The position numbers and the translations under genes are program-made. A DNA stretch of 64,000 bases from Eledone cirrhosa (Eukaryota), in assembly GCA_964016885.1 (NCBI GenBank), contig OZ024743.1:255006001-255070000 (forward strand), in the 5' to 3' direction. The notes beneath the pieces were generated by a model. The model made no database searches. It had not been told where the DNA came from and saw only the letters and a program-made list of their open reading frames with translations. This document shows, in pieces, positions 26,555 to 38,058 of this stretch (its first letter is position 1; each line of letters starts with the position of its first letter).

Positions 26555-26885
26555 GATGTGTATGTGTATGTATATGTGGCTGATGTGCTTATATATCTAT
26601 ATAAGAGTGTATATGGATATACGCATAGATGTACGCATGCAAGTTTATGTGTGTGCATGTATGTATATTTAAGTGTGCATGATATTTTTTTCAATTATAA
26701 CATGTTATTTTAACTCAGCTTCACATTCAATTTTAATAGATATTAATTTCAAACTTATATCCAAAACATGACTATTTCATCTAATGAATGAGCTGGATGT
26801 TTCTGTAAGGATCATCTAGTTTCTTGAAACTTTTGGTAATAGAATAATTATATTGTGTTTTTTATTATGTAAGTAAATATATATA

Positions 26886-27032
26886 TATTTAATATAGAAA
26901 TGGCTTCTACGGGAAGCCCTGATGATTTCCACGAATGAAACAGTTCTAGTCATGTAGAAGCCTTTTCTATATTAAATATTTATACTCAGCTATGTATTGA
27001 GTACCTTACATATTGTAGTTACCCCCTTGTAC
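26886..27032 (+). mobile_element. Mini palindromic hammerhead-like element (family P), left arm partly deleted
   Basis: atatttaatatagaaatggcttctac...CTGATGA tttc cac gaat GAAAC agttctagtc...gtagaagccttttctatattaaatat plus the family tail. Confidence 0.8.
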
Positions 27033-27034
27033 AT

Positions 27035-27069
<35 letters not shown>

Positions 27070-27284
27070 GTTGAGGATGAATGAACAAAACACAGGAGGC
27101 AATTGTACACAGTTATATAAGGTGGCGGAAGTGGAGGTTTAAATGTGTTGGACATAAGTCCTTTATTAGGAAAGTGAGGATGGGTGGGGACAGGAACTCC
27201 AAGAAGGAGTAAGGAGGGCTTTAAGGAGGGAAGTTACAAAGTAAAAAATACAAAATTATGATAAAAAAAAAATATATATATACA

Positions 27285-27357
<73 letters not shown>

Positions 27358-27378
27358 CACTATTTAGCCTTAATAAAA

Positions 27379-27412
<34 letters not shown>

Positions 27413-27417
<5 letters not shown>

Positions 27418-28348
27418 TATGAAGAGAGAAGAAACATTTAGATATAATTAGTAATAAAATGTATCATACCTAATGTATTGTTTTTGTTTATGCCACGAAA
27501 CTACGTAGTCGAGGAATCTAGGAGCAGTTTAGGTATGATACATTTTATTACTAATTATATCTAAATGTTTCTTCTCTCTTCATAATGTATTTTTAACTCT
27601 GATACTGGTTCAGTCTAGTTCAACCGGATTGGTCTGTCCCAGTCATTCATTGAGCAACATCGGTGAAGTTGGCACCCTTAACTCACGGTTGGGTGCGGAT
27701 GCATTCATGTATATGTGTGTGTCCGCATGTATCTGTGTGTTTCTAAATATATTGTTAATAACTCCCTCTGGTCGAGCAATCTTTGAGGTGTGGGGACTGC
27801 TGGAAAGCTTCCATTACTCATATACTTCTCGCCTCCTTCACCACCTCTTCTACGGCTTCGATATAAATACCCCCTCCGCCTCCATGGTATTTTCTTCGGG
27901 GTTATAAGAGGCTTAGCTCTGTTTCTCGACCGTTATATCGCGTGACTATCTCTCCCTCCGCCTTTTGGGATTCTTTCTCACGTCGTGTAGACGCGTTCTT
28001 GAGATTAGTAAAATGAGGTATCCTCTTGATAAGTCGGCAGACCTCGCAAGGACTCTATATCTTTATGATGTATTGTTTTTGTTTATGCCACAAAACTACG
28101 TAGTCGAGGAATCTAGGAGCAGTTTAGGTATGATACATTTTATTACTAATTATATCTAAATGTTTCTTCTCTCTTCATAATGTATTTTTAACTCTGATAC
28201 TGGTTCAGTCTAGTTCAACCGGATTGGTCTGTCCCAGTCATTCATTGAGCAACATCGGTGAAGTTGGCACCCTTAACTCACGGTTGGGTGCGGATGCATT
28301 CATGTATATGTGTGTGTCCGCATGTATCTGTGTGTTTCTAAATATATT
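27413..28348 (+). mobile_element. Retrozyme/pLTR-like element: 60-bp inverted 5' piece plus 1.5 tandem copies of a 595-bp hammerhead-containing unit
   Basis: 27413-27472 is inverted relative to 27528-27590; 27473-27753 is repeated at 28068-28348; hammerhead TCCTC ttgataag...tgccac(g/a)AAAC TACGTA GTC GAGGA. Confidence 0.85.
28021..28110 (+). ncRNA. Type I hammerhead motif with a palindromic loop III (core partly decayed in this copy)
   Basis: Stem I TCCTC/GAGGA, stem II GGCA/TGCC, stem III AC-TACGTA-GT, GUC cleavage site; the first repeat copy keeps canonical CGAAAC (27496-27501). Confidence 0.6.
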
Positions 28349-28380
28349 ATTATTATATATATATATATATACATGCATAC

Positions 28381-28502
28381 ATTCCTTCGAATGAAACAGC
28401 TCTAGTTCTGTAGAATCCATTTCTATATTAAATATTGTATATATTCTACTATGTATTGAGTATCTCACAAACTGTGGTTACCCCTGATTGAACCTGGGAT
28501 AC
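28381..28502 (+). mobile_element. Family P right arm plus tail
   Basis: ttcgaatgaaacagctctagttctgtagaatccatttctatattaaatattg...cccctgattgaacctgggatac. Confidence 0.8.
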
Positions 28503-28523
28503 ACACACACACACATACACAGG

Positions 28524-28562
<39 letters not shown>

Positions 28563-29117
28563 ATAATGTGTGTCTGTGTGTGTGTGTATAGAAAACGAAC
28601 ATACACTTATCTGTATATATGTAAAGATGAGCCTCATATGTAATCAAGGAAAAAACTATGGATATTTTTTAAAAAGATTATGCTATAAGAATACAATTTT
28701 AGGTTAGATTGAAGAGCAACCTCCAGTCGCAGAGATATATATATTGACTGAATTAACATTGGACAAACTAGGAACATATCTACCAACAAATGTTTGTAAT
28801 AATAGATATGTTTACATAAATATCTGTAGATTGCCAGACTAAAGAATGAGCTTTGATAATCCTGAAATATTTTCTGATTCTCAATATTTGGAATCTATAA
28901 TTCCACTGAAAGAATTATTATTTTGTTGTTTTTTTCCATTGAACAATGAAATGAAAATAATTCAATAAATTTCTTATGGATATGAGGGGGAAAATTATAG
29001 ACAATATCTCTATCTATATGTAATGTAAACATTCATACACACATACATATGTGTGTGTATGTGAAACATTCGTAACTACGCATAATCAATATAGATCTTA
29101 ATGTAAAACCTTCTTTG

Positions 29118-29254
29118 TTATATATATATATATATTACTTATATATATATATACATGAATATATGTATATATATGTATATATGTAGATATATATATGTAT
29201 ATATATACATATATATATATATGTATATATATATATACACATATATATATATAC

Positions 29255-29327
<73 letters not shown>

Positions 29328-29352
29328 CATATATACATATATATATGTATAC

Positions 29353-29401
<49 letters not shown>

Positions 29402-29433
29402 CATATGTATATACACATATATATACATATATG

Positions 29434-29507
<74 letters not shown>

Positions 29508-29508
29508 C

Positions 29509-29541
<33 letters not shown>

Positions 29542-29552
29542 GACACATATAT

Positions 29553-29595
<43 letters not shown>

Positions 29596-29608
29596 GACAC
29601 ATATATAC
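29118..29608. repeat. Long compound (TA)n/(TACA)n microsatellite
   Basis: Directly visible; source of spurious IY-rich ORFs. Confidence 0.98.
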
Positions 29609-29611
29609 TAC

Positions 29612-29680
29612 GACTGACAGGAAGGTATATGGTGCTGATGACAGCTAATAAGCTAGAAACTAGGTTATCGTTCCTTAGTC
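29612..29680 (+). ncRNA. Type I hammerhead motif in a short CpG-rich insert
   Basis: GACTGAcAGGA...ATGGTG CTGATGA c AGCT aata AGCT a GAAAC TAG GT TATCGT TCCT TAGTC: core, 4-bp stem II and extended stem I; cleavage-site register imperfect. Confidence 0.6.
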
Positions 29681-29992
29681 AGTGTTGAACAAAAGGGCAA
29701 CGATGGTTGCCGAACATTGTACGGCTACTAATTCGGGCTGTTTATTTACAAATAAACCGGGCATTATAATAAATGTTCAATAAACCCATACGTACATATA
29801 TATATGTGTGTGCATGTATGTATGTATATGCATACTAGTGTACGTCTGTATACATATATGTATGTACGTGTACATACTTATATTTAAGTATCAGCCGTAC
29901 TAAGAGTAAGAAATGAAATTTCATTTTTTCCATATATATATATATATATATACATACACAGACACATATATACATATATATATATATATATA

Positions 29993-30888
29993 GCTTTTGC
30001 TACCTAGGTGACCGAATTAGCAGCGGAGGTGGGTGTTCGGAAAGTACAATAACTAGGGTAAGAACGGGATAGAAGAAGTTCAGGGAACTACTGCCACTGC
30101 TAGCTGCAAAAGGCTTTCCCTCAAAATGAAAAGCAGACTGTAAGGTGCGTGTATACGAACAGCGATGTTACATGGAAGTGAAACCTGGGCGCTGTCTGTA
30201 GAAGACTTGTGCAGATTAAAAAGAAACGAAGCTTGCATGCTCCGATGGATGTTTAATAGTAAGATAATCGAACGGCAAAGTATAAACGAATTGAGAGAGA
30301 GACTGAGCTTAAGAGGAATCAAATGCGGTGTGCAGGAGAGGAGGTTACGTTGGTATGGACATGTGATGCGTATGAAGGATGACAGCTGCATAAAAAGGTG
30401 CAGAGCACTAGAAGTTGATGGAAGCCGTAGAGTGGGGAGACCTAAGAAGACCTGGGATAAGGTGATAAAGGCTGACCTTACGACCTTACCCAATTGCACC
30501 TCTCAAGAGCAATGACACACAATCGTGACCTCTGGCGTCACGCTGTAATACACAAGACCCGACTTCCCACAGGAACAAGCCGAAGCTGAAGCATATAGAC
30601 AATATGCCCCGACACCCTCTTACTGCAAAGTGGTCATGGAGGTGCCAAAGCAAAAAAGCACCCAGCCAACACTATAAAGTGGATGTGTAGGCACTACAGA
30701 AAAAAGCACCCAGCATTCACTGTAAATGAGGTTGGTCTTAGGAAGGGCATCCAGCTGTAGAAATCAAGCCAGAATCAGTTCCTGTATGAGCAAGGCATGG
30801 TTAGCTGACCGGTTACTGCCCACAACAGGACAACCCGTCTAACCCCTGCTAGCGTGGAAGAACGGACATAAAACGGTGATGATGATGA
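29993..30888 (+). mobile_element. RTE LINE 3' end (relatively young)
   Basis: FCYLGD...MLHGSETWAL...RLRWYGHVMRM...GRPKKTW; 3' UTR shared with the SINE B tail; (ATG)n tail. Confidence 0.9.
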
Positions 30889-31914
30889 TATATATACACA
30901 CACACACATATATATATATATATACATATCCATGTGATATTACCAGGTTTAAGAATAAGTATTCAATACCAAATTACAGTTAAACATTTTTTACTATTGT
31001 TAGGTGTTGAATTTGTTTACTCTGATGTTGTTCCAGCTGTGCAATCACTGGATCATCAGACAATGTTAAATAATTAGTGGCAGAAATATGTACGCACCAA
31101 TGCACACCACCCTCCTCCTCCTCTGTGTCTTCCATTACTTGTAATCTCTCTACCATCCTATTTTCAATCTTGTCTGTTTATCCTGTGACTTCATAGGTGA
31201 AACTCTTGAATAACCAGACTACCATCTCCCTATAGCTATATATATTCTAATCGGTACTCTATAACTTATTCTATGATCATTTTTCCTCTCTTACTCACTT
31301 GCAAGTTCCATTATCCTGTGTCCCCTCCACTATCTGGTCTGTTTACCTTTTTTTTCTCTTTCTTCCTCTCTCCTCACTACCTTCCCACTTTTTTCTTCTT
31401 TTTCCTTCCTTTTCTTTTCTTTCCCTCCTGGCCTTTTGATTGAGAAAAGGCCTTGGGCGCACCACTGATTGCTTATAGATGTCCTGTATTAGGTGCTGAA
31501 ACATCTTGATCTCGGTTTTACAGCTGACGCGGGATTTATTTTCTTCTTTTCTTTTCTTCTCTTGTTTCGTCCATACTACTATCTTAAACTTTGTTTACAG
31601 TAACCACACAGCTCCTTCCATTTCTTATATATATATGTGTGTGTGTGTAATGATGCACACATGCTATCTTAAAGAACATGTATTCAGTAATGACATTTGA
31701 CATTATATATGTGCATTCATTTGTGCATTTATTTCAGTGGTGAAAAGATAGGATTGGCATAAGATATTCTAATAAAAAATATCTTATTTTCATCTGTACT
31801 GAGAAACCAGGAGCATATTATACAACCGGAGGGAAGATTTGATTGCCATTTCTATCATATCTAACTAATGTTTAGAGTTTTCTTGCACTGATTCAATCAT
31901 AAATGCATATATTC

Positions 31915-32615
31915 CACACTGGATATAACTTTTTGATGGCACCCCAGGCTTTACCAATGCATGTGTTTACATCACTTTCACAGCTAGACGTTTCTATCCA
32001 TATAAGTAAATTCTTCTACACAGTTGAGAGATGTACTATATGCAGTTTTGATTGAAGCTAATGTATTCTGTTTTGTCTGAGTTAACATGGAGACCAATAC
32101 ATTTGGCTGAATGTTAAAAATATAGAGAAGGGTTTTTTTCTCTTGGTTCATTAGATCTGAGAGTAACAGAAAATCATCAGTGTGATCTGCATCTTTCATT
32201 TTTGTGGCAGTATATCAATTATTCTTTCAAGCAAATGTTACCTCTGTTCTAGTGTATGATTGCTCAGCAGGAATTCTTACCTCAAAACTGGAAAGAAGAT
32301 TAGATGGGACCTACATCCACATACAAATAGTGGCTTTGAATGTCACTTGGAGAGAGTGTCTGACTAATCCAGTATCAGAAATAATCAAAGAGTATAGTGT
32401 CAGATTTGCAGGGCATTGCTGGTGAGCTAAATACATTAGGGATGTTCTTTTGTAGGGGCCTATACAAGGAAGAGCTAGGAGAGATATATCAAGCAGATTT
32501 TTGACAACATAAACTGCAATATCTCTGACCTGCCAAATATGATGAACTATAGAATTGGATCATGACAGGCAGTCAAGGGAATCCGTGCAAGCAGTGTGAC
32601 CTATTGATATTGATC
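31915..32615 (+). mobile_element. RTE-X-like LINE 3' end with an inverted 5' segment
   Basis: Minus-strand 32200-31915 encodes DADHTDD...FTYM...IGKAWGAIKKL; plus-strand 32204 onward continues FFQANVTSVLVY...RFAGHCW; TSD-like aatgcatatattc / aatacatatattc. Confidence 0.7.
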
Positions 32616-34483
32616 AATACATATATTCATAGATAAATAGATAATTCATAAGCTACAAATGGTCATGATATCTAGAACCTTCAAAATCATAAATCATTCT
32701 GAAGATTCAAAGGACGAATGATTTCACAAGGTAGGATGATAATTTCCTTTTCTCTACACCCTCTCCGCCTGGAAATTGGCTGGTCAAAATATGCTCAAAA
32801 TTAAGAGAAAGAGACAATACATACATACATATATGAGACCACATGGTGTGATTTTAAATGAATATTTCACCTGTATCTATGGTGGTATCACAGGCATTAG
32901 ATTATACGTATAAACACATGTAATATAGAAGAATGGTATATGAGGGAGATGTGATTATAATTTCTTACAAAAGAAGCAACCATATAGAGGCTTGCTTGTT
33001 GGATGTGAATGAGTGGTGTAGCTTCTTGTATGTATTTGTTTGTCATGCAATGCATGTGTGTGTGTGTATGGGGTGGGGTGGGGGTGTCTACACATCTGAC
33101 AAACCATTGACAATTAGATTGTGAATGGCTTGTTTGAAATGGTGGTCAAATTTTGCATAATGAACTGTGCAAACACAGGAAATTGTGAAAGACCTTAGCT
33201 TTATGCATGTAAACATACATATTACCTTCATCATCATTAACATAAGTCGTCCATGCTAGAAAGGTTTGGATGGGTCCTCACAAACAATCAGTGCTCAAGA
33301 AGGGCTCCCTACTTTTCAGATGTGTTGTTCATTACTTCTCCTCGTTTTAGCTGAGGTTAGGTTTGTAACTTTGGTTACAACATTAAAAATTCATAGGAAA
33401 GGCTCACAAATCTTTTTCACAAACATCCTGTATATTATTGAATATACAATATGTACATGTGTGTGTAGAACACTTTGTTGGAGCAGCAATACAAATTTAT
33501 ATATATATATATATGTATACTCACATATCTGTATATACATATAACTATATATATATATGTATACACACCCTCACACATACAATATAAATCATTCTCTGAC
33601 TAATTTGTTTTCGTTTTGTGTACATTTTGCTACATCCCATTTCAAGGTATTGAACAGACAAAAGTGATTTCTATAAACATAATGCTTATTGCTAGCACAG
33701 ATCAATAATTATGATTTCTAACCTGAGCTATATAAATTAATGGAGCTAAACAGTGGTATATACATACAAGCATGCATCATACATACATACATATATATAT
33801 GTGTGTGTGTGTGTGAGTGTGGTATTTGATTTAACCTCCAAGTGGATTTAGCAATACAAATCTTTGTGTTAATCAATAAAACTGTTGAATAGACCAAATC
33901 TATAAGTTTCTATAGGCTTATTTTGTTGTAGATGCTGTTGTCATTATTGACGCCATGGTGATGGGGGTGGTAGAGATAGTGTTGTGGTAGAATAAGTTGC
34001 TGTCTGTACGTAGATATGTGTGTTGTTGACTTTTCTTATAATTCTACTTTTACATACTTACACATATTTACATATTGTTGTATGTATATATCTATGTGTA
34101 TGTATAAAAACGTTTAAATTAAGAAGCATTGGAAGAATTTTATATTTTAAATATTTGACTCACAACACCTATGATAATTTCTTAAACCCTTTGTTCACAC
34201 TTCTAGCAACAAAATAAGATTTTCTAAAACCATGGCAAGCAACTCATTAGTGTAATGGTTAATACATTAGTCTATATGGGAAATGCAGAATTCCATCCCT
34301 CACAGGCATTGCTGTCCATGATTTTCTGTCTCCAGTCCATTTGCTCTCAAACACAAATATTTCCAATGCTTCTTAAGTCAACCTCTTTGTTTATATATAT
34401 ATATATAAGGAAAAAAGATGGAATAGAAAATGCAACTGGAGTCTTTTAAAAAAAATATATATATTTATTTGGTTCCTATATAT

Positions 34484-34684
34484 AATATTTAATATAGAAA
34501 TGGCAAACAGGACTAGAACAGTTTCATTCAGAGGAAATCACCAGGAAAGCTTTCCTGATGATTTCCTTCGAATAAAGCAGTTCTAGTCCTGTAGAAGCCA
34601 TTTCTATATTAAATATTGTATACACTCTACTATGTATTGAGTACCTTACTTATTGTGGTTACCTCTGATTGAACCTGGGATACA
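34484..34684 (+). mobile_element. Family P palindromic element with opposed hammerhead-like cores and a 3' tail
   Basis: About 130-bp palindrome centred on caggaaagctttcctg; CTGATGA tttc cttc gaat on plus and CTGGTGA tttcc tct gaat GAAAC on minus. Confidence 0.85.
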
Positions 34685-34717
34685 CACACATATTTATATA
34701 TATATATATATAAATAT

Positions 34718-35056
34718 GGAGGCACATGGCTTAGTGGTTAGAGCATTGGCCTTGCAATCGAAAGGTTGTGAGTTCAATTCTCAGACTGGGTGATGTGTTG
34801 TTTCCTTGAGCAAGAGACTTTATTTCACATTGCTCCAGTTTACTCAGCTGTAGATATGAGATGATAGGGAATGGGGTCTCTATCATTCCAGTGCAAAGTG
34901 GTCGTGGAGGTGCCACGGCAAAAAAGCACCCAGCACTCACTGTAAATGAGGTTGGTGTTAGGAAGGGCATCCAGCTGTAGAAATCAAGCCAGAATCAGTT
35001 CCCGTCCCACCCTTGCAAGCAGGGAAAAGCGGACGTAAAATGAAATGATGATGATG
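34718..35056 (+). mobile_element. SINE family B, full length
   Basis: A box TGGCTTAGTGG, B box GAGTTCAATTC, CORE-like ccttgagcaagagactt, RTE-type tail and (ATG)n. Confidence 0.92.
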
Positions 35057-35291
35057 AAATGATATATTTATATATATATATTTTGTTTCTGAATTTGTTT
35101 AGCAAGATTCTTTATCTGAAAACGTGTGTTGAAACCGATATTGTTATACTTTGGGAGGGTCATGTTGCCAATAAGAAACACACGCACCAGTTGCTTTCAC
35201 TTCAATTTATTATAATAAATTTATAAATTTAGGAATTTATAAATTTCCGGTTGGTTGGTTGGTTCCACAACCGGATGATTGTTTATATATT

Positions 35292-35334
35292 GTCAAAGTT
35301 CTTTCGTCACACATTCTGTGACCTCTTCAGTGAC
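35292..35334 (-). ncRNA. Minimal type I hammerhead in the PLE pLTR
   Basis: Minus strand reads GTCA CTGAAGA G GTCACA gaatg TGTGAC GAAA G AA CTT TGAC: stem I GTCA/TGAC, 6-bp stem II, minimal stem III. Confidence 0.75.
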
Positions 35335-35533
35335 TGGGGATTATTTTTTTTGTTTTTGTGCCTCTCCTTTGTTCTGTCCTACACCATCTTGTTTTTGTGT
35401 GTGTTGTGTGCTTAGTTTGCGCATGTGTTACATCCGGGTGTCTGTGTGTGTTTATATTTGTTTATGTATTTGTTTATTTACATGTTACTGGTTGGTTGTT
35501 TGTTCTATGTGCGTGTGTGTTTTCATTTTGTCC

Positions 35534-37645
35534 TTAATTGTAAGTTGTGATGTTGCTGTTCCATTCATGTTTTCTACTTAATTTTAATTTTGGTTGGAGT
35601 TCATTTATGTTTATTGCCTCTGTGATTTGTCTAAACATTGCATCTTTTCTGTGTGTAGATTCTATTTTTATTTCTATGTTCTCTAATTTACCCTTATGTT
35701 CTATTTTAGCATGTTGGTAGAGTACAGATGATTCTTTACTATCTTGAAGGTCTCGCCAGTGTTCATTTATCCATTCTCCTATACTACGAGCTGTCTCACC
35801 TATGTACACTATATTCTCATCTCTACATTGTCCTTCAGTACATCTTATGCTATATACTACATTTCTAGTTTTACAGTTAATATGGGGGCTTAATTTACAG
35901 ATTATACATTTCTTGTCTATACAGGGAGGTCTTTGAAAAGGGTATGTATTGCTAATAAGTGTTTTTATGGAGGTACCTGGTCTTTCTACTATCTTAATAT
36001 TGAGTTTATGTTTATCTAGGGCCCTTCTAAATTTGTAAGCTAATTTACCTCTAGGGGTTGTATCGATGAACATTACACTCTGGTATTTATTGCTATCATA
36101 CCATGAGTTTATTCTATTAACCTTATTCCTAGTTCTTTCTATTCTATTCCAAAATTTGCTCCTATACAAGGGGCAAGTCCCATTTGTGTCATTATTTACC
36201 ATTTTTTCCCATTTGGTTCTGGCTCCTCTATATACTCTGATTTTATCTCTCTGATTGTAACCAGAGAACTGCATACGGTGGATGAAGTGTTGTATGTGTC
36301 TCTCTAGTACTTTGGGGTTGCACATGCGGGACACATTTCTCATCACCCGTACCAAATCCGCATTCAGTACGTTGATTTTGGTATGGTCTGAAACAGCTGA
36401 GTTTCGGTGGATCAGATATTTGGAAGTCATGGGTTTGGCATAATAGGAATGGAGGATTTTTGTTTTTAATGGTATCTAACCAGAGCTCTGTGTCTAGTAC
36501 AGGTAATCGATGGTTGGGGTGTTTGCTTGGGTAGTCTATAGTAACTCTAATACTCTGGTGGATGGAGTTAGCTATTTGCTGGATGCTTTCCATGGTGTTT
36601 TTCTCTAATTCCTGACTGTTCTCTAGTGGTAGTGTTTTTACTACGATGTTTATATCATCAACGTAGCGTGAGTACATTATCAGGGTTAAGGGGTCTTCTA
36701 ATTGTTCTTTAAGTTTAAGTTTAAGTCTATTGTCCCACCATACCATGAATAGGTTAGCTATGTCGCCTGCAATGCTAACACCAATGGCTGCTCCCTTCTC
36801 TTGGGCATATGATTTTCCATTAAATTTGAACATATGTTCCTTAAGGGTTAATTTTATGCTGGCCCCCACCGCATGTGCAATCATTTTCTTTAGTTCAACG
36901 TGGTTTTCGGGGGTCCGTATGGTTCTGGTCCACCTGTTCCATCTATCTGTGTGGGTTTTCTTGGCCATTGAGGTAATGGTAGGTGGTCTGCCTCTTGCTG
37001 GTCTTGTAGGGCATAGGTTGCTAAGGCCATATGTATCTAGATAATTATTACTATAGGTAAGTTTAAGTAGGAGTCCCAGTTCACTGGTATCAATCCCACG
37101 GAATTCAACATTGCTCTCACTGATCATTTCTACGCATTTCTCCACAGCAAAATCCACGTCAATAGATGGATACAGGGACACAACATCCATACTACCTATT
37201 ATGCAGTTTTTTAGGTCCCTATATCGGTTACTCTCGTCGATTCTGCTGAGGAGGTCCTCCGTGCTGTCATATATCTGGGGACATTTCAATGATGGGGTAT
37301 ATGATCAGGGAGAGGAAGTAGGAAAGTCTGTAGTTACTAGCAATATTAGCTCCACAGACTGGCCGTGTTGGTGGTCCTGTGATAGTGTCACTGCTCGTTT
37401 TATGGTCTTTTCGAAGCCCATACAACGCTGGCACGTCATTGTTCCAGGCCTGAAAGTTGTTGGCAGTCCTTTTGTTGGGCTGCATTATATTTGTCCACAT
37501 CATCATATGGGCATTGAGGGCTTTTTCCCTATCCTCATGCTCTTGTGGTGTTACTTCTCTTGTGTTAGTGATGTGGGGTTGCATTGCCTGGATGTAGTTT
37601 GACAGATTGTCAACCGACATTCTGCCAGATTTGTCTGTTGGAAAC
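35534..37645 (-). pseudogene. PLE reverse transcriptase plus GIY-YIG endonuclease, two frameshifts (about 37280 and 36430)
   Basis: PTDKSG, SMDVVSLYPSID, QEKGAAIG..IAGDIANLFM, RYVDDI, Cys linker CIDKKCIIC..NC, VVYSIRC...VYIGETAR, RQITEAINI. Confidence 0.92.
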
Positions 37646-37778
37646 ATGTAAATAAACAAATAAATAAACAAATATAAACACACACAGACACCCGAATGTA
37701 ACACATGCGCAAACTAAGCACACAACACACACAAAAACAAGATGGCGTAGGACAGAACAAAGGAGAGGCACAAAAAGA

Positions 37779-38038
37779 AGTGAGTGCTGTGTGCTTTTTT
37801 CTGTGGCGCCTCCACGTCCACTTTACAGTGTGGGCTAGGTGCTTTTTCTGCCGTGGCACATTCACGACCACTTTGCAGTGGAATGATAGGGATCCTAGTC
37901 CTATCATCTCATTTCTACAACTGAGTAAACTGCAGCAATGAAATAAAGTATCTTGCTCAAGGAAACAAAACATCACCCGGTCCGAGAATTGAACTCACGA
38001 CCTTTCGATTGCAAGCCTAATGCTCTAACCACTAAGCC
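37779..38038 (-). mobile_element. SINE family B, 3' part cut at the PLE junction
   Basis: Reverse complement of the tRNA head and CORE-like body. Confidence 0.88.
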
Positions 38039-38058
38039 TTCATATATATATATATATA

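Larger units (their letters stand above)
22990..26880 (-). repeat. Old inverted repeat pair (about 23050-23400 and 26545-26880) of a hammerhead-bearing pLTR-like family enclosing nested insertions
   Basis: Arms align in reverse complement (e.g. ttgaaattaatatctattaaaa / ttttaatagatattaatttcaa); degenerate hammerhead CTAATGA...GAAAC at 26773-26847. Confidence 0.75.
35085..37776 (-). mobile_element. Penelope-like retroelement, 5'-truncated, with an inverted pLTR segment
   Basis: RT and GIY-YIG ORFs on the minus strand; 134-bp inverted repeat 35353-35486 / 37643-37776; hammerhead in the 3' pLTR. Confidence 0.93.

Noticed and set aside
29098-29688. Long IY/YI-rich ORFs (also near 23500, 26400, 53400-54040 and 54900)
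   Set aside because: Translations of (TA)n microsatellites, which lack stop codons; not genes
34718-34795. tRNA-like sequence with A and B boxes
   Set aside because: Head of a multi-copy SINE continuing into the CORE-like body and LINE tail; no proper acceptor stem
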